Positions 30,435 to 38,525 of a stretch of 64,000 nt of DNA are shown in pieces (the stretch's first letter is position 1; every line of letters begins with the position of its first letter). This DNA comes from a bacterium. Lineage in GTDB: Bacteria; Zhuqueibacterota; Zhuqueibacteria; Residuimicrobiales; Krinioviventaceae. The stretch lies in contig CAXXMD010000001.1 in the NCBI GenBank assembly GCA_963675755.2, positions 64,001 through 128,000 of the forward strand, written 5' to 3'. The translations under genes and the position numbers were made by a program. The notes beneath the pieces were generated by a model, which made no database searches, had not been told where the DNA came from, and was given only the letters and a program-made list of their open reading frames with translations.

Positions 30435-30917
30435 ATGAATTTTTTAAAAAGAATCGCTGTAAAACAATTATTAATAAATCTGATTTTGTTAACGGTAATT
30501 GTTTACAGTCAAGATTATAATATGAACATTAAATTAAAAGACGGGACTATTATTACCTATTCACTAAAGGATATTAAAAACCTGCAATTTCGGGATATAA
30601 CCAGTGGAATTAATGATGATACACAGGAACAGGTAATTGAAAATTTTCAGTTAAAACAAAATCATCCAAATCCATTCAATCCGTCTACTGTTATTGAATA
30701 TCAAATTCCACAATCAGGAAATGTGTGTATTAGTGTCTTTGATGTTCGTGGAAATCTTGTTAAGGAATTAATAAATGACTCACAAAACCAGGGAATGCAC
30801 CAGGTTACCTGGGACGGTACAAATCAGCTTGGTTTAAAAGTTTCGAGCGGTATTTACTTTTATTCTCTCCAATTTGGCAATCAACACCTTGCACGTCAAT
30901 TGCTTTTATTAAAATAA
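30435..30917 (+). CDS. Small secreted protein consisting of a short beta motif and a C-terminal sorting (FlgD-like) domain
   Basis: Signal peptide; QNHPNPFNP...WDGTN...SSGIYFY. Confidence 0.85.
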   Translation: MNFLKRIAVKQLLINLILLTVIVYSQDYNMNIKLKDGTIITYSLKDIKNLQFRDITSGINDDTQEQVIENFQLKQNHPNPFNPSTVIEYQIPQSGNVCISVFDVRGNLVKELINDSQNQGMHQVTWDGTNQLGLKVSSGIYFYSLQFGNQHLARQLLLLK

Positions 30918-30930
30918 GTTTGAGGTAATA

Positions 30931-33270
30931 ATGAGAAAAATATATTTTGGTATTTTGAGCGTTTTCGTTTTTACAGTTTGTACATTTGCACAAATTCTTG
31001 ATGTAACTACTACATATGGCGATGTTGAAGAATATAATTTATCTGATATAGATAATATTGCATTTAGTCTGGATACTACTAGTAAATCTGATACTGCACT
31101 TGAACTTTTATCTGTTCATACTAGTGGGGGATTGTACCAGATTCTGGATTCAGAAATAGACAGTATGTATTTTAATACAAACAATACTACTGTTTGCTTT
31201 CAAACTGTTGAAAAACTGGTTCAATTCGACCTGGCAGACATTGACAGTATTACCTTTAGTTCAATATCAGACTCGACGGTTTATATCGCTTTTAATAATT
31301 CGATGGTTTCCGTAATTAATACATTTGATACGGATAGCATTTCTGTTGACATATCAAAAGCAGATGTTACTGTAACGTCAACTTCTGAAACCAGTAATGT
31401 TAATTATGTATTATCAGGTGCGACTAGTGATGGTATGTTTAAAATTTACTCTGATAAAAAGATTGTCTTGACTTTGGATGGCATTGAAATTACAAATAAT
31501 GACGGTCCTGCAATTAACATTCAGACAAGTAAAAAAGTTACCGTTAATCTTGTAGATGGATCTGCTAATGTTTTGTCAGACGGCGAGAATTATTCTGATG
31601 CGGTTAATGAAGAAGACCAGGATGCTGCTTTTTTCAGTGAAGGTCAACTCATTTTTGAAGGTTCCGGTAGTCTGGAGATTAACGGATATGGAACTGATCA
31701 ACATGGTTTGGCAAGTGACGATTATATTGAGGTTAATGACGGTTCAATCACTATCAATAGCGCTGAAAAAGACGGTATTCATGTTAAAGATGGATTTTTT
31801 ATGAATGGCGGTGCTGTTGATATTTCATCCAATGGCGATGGAATTGATGGCGATGAAAATATAATCGAAATCAATGACGGTACCATCACGGTTTTAAATA
31901 ATAAAGAAGATAAAGATGCTATTAAAACAGACAGTACCATTGTTATCACCGGCGGTACAATAGAACTTGAAGTTGAAGGTGATATGGCTAAAGGATTAAC
32001 TGCAGACCAGGGAATTACTTTTAATGGTGGTGTTATTAATATTAACGCTTCCGGTGATGTTGTATTGGAAGAATCTGGATTGGGATATGACCCTTCTTAT
32101 TGTACGGCAATAAAATCTGACTCTGATGTATTAATTGATAATGCTGTAATTACGATTGTCACCACAGGAAAAGCCGGAAGAGGTATTTCTATAAAAGGCG
32201 ACCTTACTATGACATCGGGTACACTCGATATACGTTCAAGTGGAGATGGTGCAAAATATACAAATGAAGAAGGTGTAGCGGATGCATACCATGGACCTGC
32301 AATAAAAGCTGATGGTGATATTCATTTTGTTGCCGGTTCATTAACAATTAACCATTCCGGTGATGCAGGTAAAGCTGTATCATGCGATGGAAATATTACT
32401 TTGGGCAGTTCGGATACGGAACCTGAAATAAATATAACAACAACCGGCAACTCTGTATCTATCTCGGGAGATACCCGTCACGGTGATAGTGGGGAATCCG
32501 CAGAAGCCAAAGCCATAAAAGCGGACAATGTCATAACCGTTGAAAGCGGAAATATTACAATTTCATCCGCAGATGACGGTATTAAATCAGAAACGCAAGT
32601 AATGATTAATGGCGGATCCATTAATATTACCGATTCTTATGAAGGTATTGAATCTCCAATTCTGCATGTGAATGGCGGAAACGTTATTGTTTCATCCAGT
32701 GATGATGCTTTTAACACTACATATGGAAACGGCGGCGAAACAAACGATGGAAGTGATCTGACCATTAATGACGGCTATGTCTGCCTAAACTCTACCCGTG
32801 GAGATGCGCTTGACAGTAATGGTGATCTTACGATTAATGGTGGTACGGTTATCGTGCATGGTACTGACTCTGACCCTGAAGTGGGTGTTGATGTTAACGG
32901 AGATTTCCTTGTGAATGGCGGATTCTTTGTGGTTTCCGGAACAAACAATAATATGTTACAATCGCCAATCGGTAATTCCGCTCAATATTCGGTTACATGT
33001 AAAGCAAATCAGAGTATTTCGGCAGGCAGTTTGTTTCACATAGAAGATGATAGTGGTAATAATCTGGTTACATTTGCCCCGAAACGTAAATTCTATTCCA
33101 TTATCTTTTCTTCATCACAATTGGCAAACGGAAAAACCTATAAAATATATACTGGCGGAAGTTCAACCGGAAACCTTGAGAATGGATTATATACTAATGG
33201 TACCTATTCCGGAGGGACATTAAAGAAAACATTTACATTATCAAGTAAATCTCAAGTTGTATCTTTTTAG
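30931..33270 (+). CDS. DUF4353/Cthe_2159-type beta-helix carbohydrate-binding protein
   Basis: AAFFSEGQLIFEGSGSL, repeated INGG/DDGIKS/DALDSNG coils. Confidence 0.85.
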   Translation: MRKIYFGILSVFVFTVCTFAQILDVTTTYGDVEEYNLSDIDNIAFSLDTTSKSDTALELLSVHTSGGLYQILDSEIDSMYFNTNNTTVCFQTVEKLVQFDLADIDSITFSSISDSTVYIAFNNSMVSVINTFDTDSISVDISKADVTVTSTSETSNVNYVLSGATSDGMFKIYSDKKIVLTLDGIEITNNDGPAINIQTSKKVTVNLVDGSANVLSDGENYSDAVNEEDQDAAFFSEGQLIFEGSGSLEINGYGTDQHGLASDDYIEVNDGSITINSAEKDGIHVKDGFFMNGGAVDISSNGDGIDGDENIIEINDGTITVLNNKEDKDAIKTDSTIVITGGTIELEVEGDMAKGLTADQGITFNGGVININASGDVVLEESGLGYDPSYCTAIKSDSDVLIDNAVITIVTTGKAGRGISIKGDLTMTSGTLDIRSSGDGAKYTNEEGVADAYHGPAIKADGDIHFVAGSLTINHSGDAGKAVSCDGNITLGSSDTEPEINITTTGNSVSISGDTRHGDSGESAEAKAIKADNVITVESGNITISSADDGIKSETQVMINGGSINITDSYEGIESPILHVNGGNVIVSSSDDAFNTTYGNGGETNDGSDLTINDGYVCLNSTRGDALDSNGDLTINGGTVIVHGTDSDPEVGVDVNGDFLVNGGFFVVSGTNNNMLQSPIGNSAQYSVTCKANQSISAGSLFHIEDDSGNNLVTFAPKRKFYSIIFSSSQLANGKTYKIYTGGSSTGNLENGLYTNGTYSGGTLKKTFTLSSKSQVVSF

Positions 33271-33304
33271 TAGAGTGTTGAGATTTTCAATTAGGCAGTA
33301 TATT

Positions 33305-33330
33305 GCTCCCCCGACTCTGGTTGGGGGAGC
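33305..33330. terminator. GC-rich hairpin between convergent genes
   Basis: GCTCCCCCGAC-TCTG-GTTGGGGGAGC. Confidence 0.55.
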
Positions 33331-33404
33331 TGTAATCATCCGCGTTCATCTGCGTGAATCTGTGGTTAATTTCTCCCTGAAGAGGGTTATGATTACAGTA
33401 GACA

Positions 33405-34151
33405 TTATCTTTCCCCAATCAAATCTTTGATCTTTGTTAACATGTTTTCATAATGCGTGCCGGGCCAATAGATGTTGCCGCAGCCGGAGCATTGGTGAAA
33501 TTCGTTGAAATATTGTTCGGTTTTTGGAGGGAGACGATCCCGGATGGCTTGCTTGTCCACGGGTACGAGCAGGCCGTTGCACTCGATGCAGCGGCTGAAC
33601 GGATTCGCCTGTCCTCGCAGGTCCAGGCGATCCAGGATTTCTTTTAGCTGTTGTTCCGGTTCGGTATGATGCAGGTATGCGCCATGCGTAACACGGCTAT
33701 TTTTTAAAATACCGCGATCACGTGTGAGAATGATACGGTGCTCTTTGCGTGCAATATCAATAATCTCATCATCTTCGTAATCGTTGCGGTAGAGGGTGTC
33801 GAATCCGGCCATGCGTAAAAGTCGGGACAGCTTGCCGAGATGCACATCCAAAATGAATCTGGATTCCCGCAAAGGTTTGGATCGTAAGCGGATGAGAGGG
33901 GAGATATCCATACTTTCAAATACAGGATAGACTGCGATACGGTCATTGTGCCGGAGTTTATAATCAAATCCCACCGATATTCCGTTGGCGAGAATGATTT
34001 CTACCTCGGTATGGGGTACACCGCAAGCCTCTATGGCATCCTTGATGCCGGGATTGCCGTTGAATGTATAGGTAAAAGTAGTTTTGCGCTGTTCCGGTTG
34101 AAGAAAGTCGTTCAGTTCTTCGTAAAATCGAAATTCGGCTGTATTGGACAT
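33405..34151 (-). CDS. Ubiquitin-like plus Mut7-C (PIN-fold) RNase domain protein
   Basis: FRFYEELNDFL, GVPHTEV, DVHLGKL, LTRDRG, CxxC...CxxC..YWPGTH. Confidence 0.92.
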   Translation of the reverse strand: MSNTAEFRFYEELNDFLQPEQRKTTFTYTFNGNPGIKDAIEACGVPHTEVEIILANGISVGFDYKLRHNDRIAVYPVFESMDISPLIRLRSKPLRESRFILDVHLGKLSRLLRMAGFDTLYRNDYEDDEIIDIARKEHRIILTRDRGILKNSRVTHGAYLHHTEPEQQLKEILDRLDLRGQANPFSRCIECNGLLVPVDKQAIRDRLPPKTEQYFNEFHQCSGCGNIYWPGTHYENMLTKIKDLIGER

Positions 34152-34165
34152 GTTAACCGTTGTGG

Positions 34166-35545
34166 TTACGATTTAACCAGTTCGAATTTCGCGGTAAAAT
34201 GGCGCAGGAACGGAGCCTGCTCGGTTATTTTTACTCCACGTATATTTTCTTTGGTGTCATTAACCTCCAGAATAGATTCTACAACATAATCGATATGGCT
34301 CTGGGTATAAACCCGTCGCGGAATAGCGAGCCGCACCAGCTCCATAGGTGCGGGGAGTTCTGCCCCGGTTTCCGGATCTTTACGGGCAAACATGACCGAA
34401 CCGATCTCGACAGTTCGAATTCCCGCTGCAAGATACAACTCGATAGACAGCGCTTGTCCCGGATACTGCTCTACAGGTATGTGCGGCAGCATGGTCTTGG
34501 CATCAATATAGATTGCGTGTCCCCCCGGCGGTTGTACTATTGGCACGCCGTAATCCGAGATATGCCTGCCCAGATACTGGGTGGAGGCAATACGATAGCG
34601 AAGGTAATCTTCATTCAGAATCTCTTTGAGCCCAATGGCAATGGCTTCCAGATCGCGACCTGCGAGTCCGCCATAGGTGGGGAATCCCTCGGTGAGAATG
34701 AGCAAGTCACTTTCCTGGCGGGCCAGGTTGGCGTCATTGGTGCAGAGGAATCCGCCTATATTTACCAAGGCATCTTTTTTAGCGGACATGGTACAGCCGT
34801 CCGCATACGAGAACATTTCGTGCACAATTTCTTTAACGGTCTTGTTTGCGTATCCTGCTTCACGTTTTTTAATAAACCAGGCATTTTCGGCAAAGCGGCA
34901 GGCATCGAAATAAAAAGGGATTTTGTGCTTGTGTGCAATGGCTGCCACCGAGCGGATGTTGGCCATGGATACCGGTTGTCCGCCACCGGAATTGTTGGTG
35001 ATGGTGAGCATGATAAGCGGCACACGATCTACACCCACCTCGTTGATGGTTTTGAGAAGGGCGTCTGTATCCATATCGCCTTTGAAGGGCAGAGGATTTG
35101 CAGGATCAAGCGCTTCCGGTTTGAGCAGGTCCCGGGCCTCGGCACCCTGGAATTCAACATTGGCGCGGGTAGTATCGAAATGGGTGTTGTTGGGCACCAC
35201 ATCGCCTTTTTTACACAGAATAGAAAAGAGAATACGCTCAGCCGCGCGGCCCTGGTGAGTGGGAATGACATGGTCGAATCCGAATATATCCTGCACCGTT
35301 TCCTGCATGTGATACCAGCTTTTGCTGCAGGCATATGCCTCGTCCCCGCGCATAATGCCGGCCCACTGCTCCGAGCTCATGGCAGACGTGCCGCTGTCGG
35401 TAAGCAGGTCAATCAGTACATCGTCGCTGTTGATCTGGAACAGGTTATAGCCTGCTTTTTTCAGGATTTTTTCACGCTCTTTACGGGTGGTCATGCGGAT
35501 AGGTTCTACGGATTTGATTTTAAACGGTTCTATGATAACGGTCAT
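34166..35545 (-). CDS. tnaA: Tryptophanase (beta-eliminating lyase)
   Basis: EPFKIKSVEPI, DLLTDSGT, HQGRAAE, MSAKKD (PLP Lys), RLAIPRRVY; tyrosine phenol-lyase not excluded. Confidence 0.85.
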   Translation of the reverse strand: MTVIIEPFKIKSVEPIRMTTRKEREKILKKAGYNLFQINSDDVLIDLLTDSGTSAMSSEQWAGIMRGDEAYACSKSWYHMQETVQDIFGFDHVIPTHQGRAAERILFSILCKKGDVVPNNTHFDTTRANVEFQGAEARDLLKPEALDPANPLPFKGDMDTDALLKTINEVGVDRVPLIMLTITNNSGGGQPVSMANIRSVAAIAHKHKIPFYFDACRFAENAWFIKKREAGYANKTVKEIVHEMFSYADGCTMSAKKDALVNIGGFLCTNDANLARQESDLLILTEGFPTYGGLAGRDLEAIAIGLKEILNEDYLRYRIASTQYLGRHISDYGVPIVQPPGGHAIYIDAKTMLPHIPVEQYPGQALSIELYLAAGIRTVEIGSVMFARKDPETGAELPAPMELVRLAIPRRVYTQSHIDYVVESILEVNDTKENIRGVKITEQAPFLRHFTAKFELVKS

Positions 35546-35623
35546 ATCCTACTCCTGTGGCTGGATGATTAGCTTTACTGAAAAGAGTAAAATTTTGAGC
35601 AGAGAGTCAAGGAAAAAAAGAGG

Positions 35624-35658
35624 TTAGTTGTCAGTAATCAGTATTCAGTAGTCAGATA
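35624..35658. repeat. Five degenerate tandem heptamers (TCAGTAN)
   Basis: ttagttg tcagtaa tcagtat tcagtag tcagata. Confidence 0.7.
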
Positions 35659-35821
35659 TTGGATAAATGATTTGTGGGTATATTGATAAAGTGATTGATT
35701 TGATGGATATTTTTGTTAATTTGAACCATGGCTTTTGTGATTATTAATATCAGGGTGTGAAAATCTCCGTCGTCATGTCCGGGCTTCGGGCTGGTATGTG
35801 CAAAGATTGAAATTAAATTTT

Positions 35822-35901
35822 AACGCAGAGGCCGCCGAGAACGCAGAGATTGCAGAGGAAATAAAATGAATTACCTCGGCGAGCTCCTCGCACTCTGCGT
35901 T
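35822..35901. repeat. REP-like palindromic unit with CGCAGAG/CTCTGCG arms
   Basis: AACGCAGAG...CTCTGCGTT inverted arms with internal ~9-nt repeats. Confidence 0.65.
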
Positions 35902-36069
35902 TTAAAAAAGGATTGTAAGCAGAACGCATGACCTCGCGTCCGGGACATTTGTAATTCGGTTGTGAAAACCACGGAGGTTAAGTCCGGGCTTCTGGCTGAT
36001 GCTGCAAGCGGTAGTCAGGCTGATTAATATAGAAAACAATTAGAAAAGGTATTAGATGAGGAAGAATAA

Positions 36070-36633
36070 TTGAAAAACATATTGTTAATTTTATTATTAT
36101 TCTCAATTACCGTTGGACAAAATATTGAAACTGAATTTTTTATTTCTGATAATGATACAATAGTAGTTAATATTCAATCAAATGTAATAAAAAAAGAAGT
36201 TTTCAGGTCATATGAATTCTATTATAATAATAACTTTATGCATAGATTAAATTTGTCAAAGGTAGATACCAGTTATGATGTCTTTTTAAATTTGGATACA
36301 AGTTTTGTTTATTTGATTCATGGAGGTATTGCTTTAAAGGCAAAAGCTTTTGTAATATTCAGATTTGATGAAAAATTTTTAAATGAAACTTGGAAAACAT
36401 ATGAACCGCCTCGACATGATAAATTATGGAATTATGCGGATTTACATTATTTAGAAATTACTCTTGAAAATGTTTATTATTCTTATGCAGATACTTTATA
36501 TCAATTCATTGTAGATGATGATGGTGACTTTTTGGAAGAATATACATTTGATCAAAAATTACATTTACGCGAAATGGGTTATATTAATAATGTTGGGCAT
36601 AAAATGTGTAAAAAATTTATTAGAGATGATTGA
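36070..36633 (+). CDS. Hypothetical secreted protein (very AT-rich orphan)
   Basis: TTG start with GAGG RBS; signal peptide; no motif recognised. Confidence 0.6.
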   Translation: MKNILLILLLFSITVGQNIETEFFISDNDTIVVNIQSNVIKKEVFRSYEFYYNNNFMHRLNLSKVDTSYDVFLNLDTSFVYLIHGGIALKAKAFVIFRFDEKFLNETWKTYEPPRHDKLWNYADLHYLEITLENVYYSYADTLYQFIVDDDGDFLEEYTFDQKLHLREMGYINNVGHKMCKKFIRDD

Positions 36634-36740
36634 CGCATCTTTATGTCTCCAGGGTATGTTGGGCTGAAGATTTGCCCACCATTTTGTTTTAACATAGCCG
36701 ATAGTCCGGACCTCGTGTCCCGGTTAATCGAAATCAGGAT

Positions 36741-36769
36741 AAAAACTCCCGGATGGACCGTCCGAGAGT
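36741..36769 (-). terminator. Probable terminator of fucosidase gene
   Basis: ACTCTCGGACG...ATCCGGGAG-TTTTT on the minus strand. Confidence 0.55.
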
Positions 36770-36783
36770 AATATCAAAAGTTT

Positions 36784-38232
36784 TTATTTCATCTCTGTTC
36801 GTAAAACATAACCATATTCTGAAATGCGCTTTGCCGGGAATTGGATTGTTAGACCGTCTGAAGTCTGTTTCCACGCTATCTTTTGTTCACTTCCAAGTAA
36901 CGAAATGTTTTTTATTTCAGGAGCATAATCCATTTGAGGGGAGAGGGACTTGATGGTCACTGTTCCATCTTCCGGCCAGACCAGAGCCATAATGTACAAG
37001 TTGTTGTCTTTTTGAGTAAACCAGAAATCCTGTTCCTGAAAATCTGACCTGAATCCATCTCGTTTACGTTGAGTTGTACTTTTAATTTCAATTTTGGTGG
37101 GTCCTTCATGTGTTACATGCCAGGAATGTGTTCCGTATACAGCTTCGCTGTTGATGGACATCCATTCACCAATTTTGTGCAACTGGTCAATACTTTCCTG
37201 GGGGATGGACCCATCTCCTTTGGGACCAATGTTGAGTAAATAGTTGCCGCCTTTGCTGGCAATTGCCATAATCCAGTAAATCAATTCTTTGGTGGACTTC
37301 CAATCCACATCATAGCTTTTATATCCCCATGTATTGTTCAGGGTACCGGGTGCTTCCCAGTAGACATCGCCTCCTTCACCGTCATCGGGGATTTTATTGT
37401 CACCTGTTACCCAATAGTCACCCCAATCATTACCTACGCGACTGTTGACAAGGCAGTTGGGTTGAATATCGTATACCAGTTTGTAAAATTCAAAGCTCTG
37501 TTCCCGGGTCATATGATTTGCCATGTCGTACCAAATTTCGATGAGGTTTGGTAGCGAGTTCAACAGTTCTACCATTTGCGGTTTGGATTTGACCTCGAGA
37601 TATTCCTCGAAAGAAACCGGTGAGGGGTCCCACATGTTGGCCGGCCAGTCTGCCCATTTGCTCGTATCGTCCGGATTCTCTTTTAAATAATTGAGTACAC
37701 CCGCATTGCCGCCATCCATCCAATCGGTGGAATGAGAATAATAAATACCAAAGCGCAGTCCTTGTTTTTCACATTCCTGTGAGAGGGCTTTGATGGGATC
37801 TATGTCAAAAGGGGTACTGTCAATAATATCATAATCCGTAACTTTCGAATCGTACATTGCAAATCCATCATGGTGTTTGGGCATGGCAATGACATATCGC
37901 ATACCTGCGTCTTTTGCCAGTTTGACCCAGGCTTTTGCATCAAATTTAACCGGATTGAACTGGCTGCATAATTGTTTGTACTCGGCCCTGGGAATTTGCG
38001 CATGATAAAATATCCATTCCCCCAATCCGGGAATTTTCTCGCCATTCCATATTCCTGCAGGCATTGAGTATACTCCCCAGTGAATAAACATGCCAAACTT
38101 GTAATCATTAAATTGTTCCAGCGCCTGGCTTTTAGTCGCGTGCATTGCCTGCCAATCCTGCTGTAAAGAATCATCGGCATAGACTAAAGTGAATAGACTA
38201 AAGAGTGCAATTATTGTAAATCTTTTAATCAT
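36784..38232 (-). CDS. Alpha-L-fucosidase (GH29)
   Basis: KFGMFIHWGVYS, KHHDGF, IWYD, GGNYLLNIGPKGDG; signal peptide. Confidence 0.93.
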   Translation of the reverse strand: MIKRFTIIALFSLFTLVYADDSLQQDWQAMHATKSQALEQFNDYKFGMFIHWGVYSMPAGIWNGEKIPGLGEWIFYHAQIPRAEYKQLCSQFNPVKFDAKAWVKLAKDAGMRYVIAMPKHHDGFAMYDSKVTDYDIIDSTPFDIDPIKALSQECEKQGLRFGIYYSHSTDWMDGGNAGVLNYLKENPDDTSKWADWPANMWDPSPVSFEEYLEVKSKPQMVELLNSLPNLIEIWYDMANHMTREQSFEFYKLVYDIQPNCLVNSRVGNDWGDYWVTGDNKIPDDGEGGDVYWEAPGTLNNTWGYKSYDVDWKSTKELIYWIMAIASKGGNYLLNIGPKGDGSIPQESIDQLHKIGEWMSINSEAVYGTHSWHVTHEGPTKIEIKSTTQRKRDGFRSDFQEQDFWFTQKDNNLYIMALVWPEDGTVTIKSLSPQMDYAPEIKNISLLGSEQKIAWKQTSDGLTIQFPAKRISEYGYVLRTEMK

Positions 38233-38525
38233 TTATATGTCTCCTGTAGAGGGATTAGTCGTACAAACTTTTAATACGAGTTTTGTATTATAAAAAAATT
38301 AAATAATGGTGCTATAATAATGAATTCAATATATGAAAATATTAAAATTTATTTGTTTTTACAATAAACTTTACTATTTTTATAAGTAACGGAACAATTA
38401 TTTTATTTCAGGGGTTTGAAAATAACCAGTTTTTGATGATACTATCAACCAATGGGGTAGATCCAATAAACGATAATTGCTTTCCATAATTATTTCTGGT
38501 GTTCAAATTTTCTAGGAGGGAGAAA

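Noticed and set aside
34160-35572. 470-aa plus-strand ORF
   Set aside because: Antisense shadow of tnaA in a GC-richer region; no recognisable motifs
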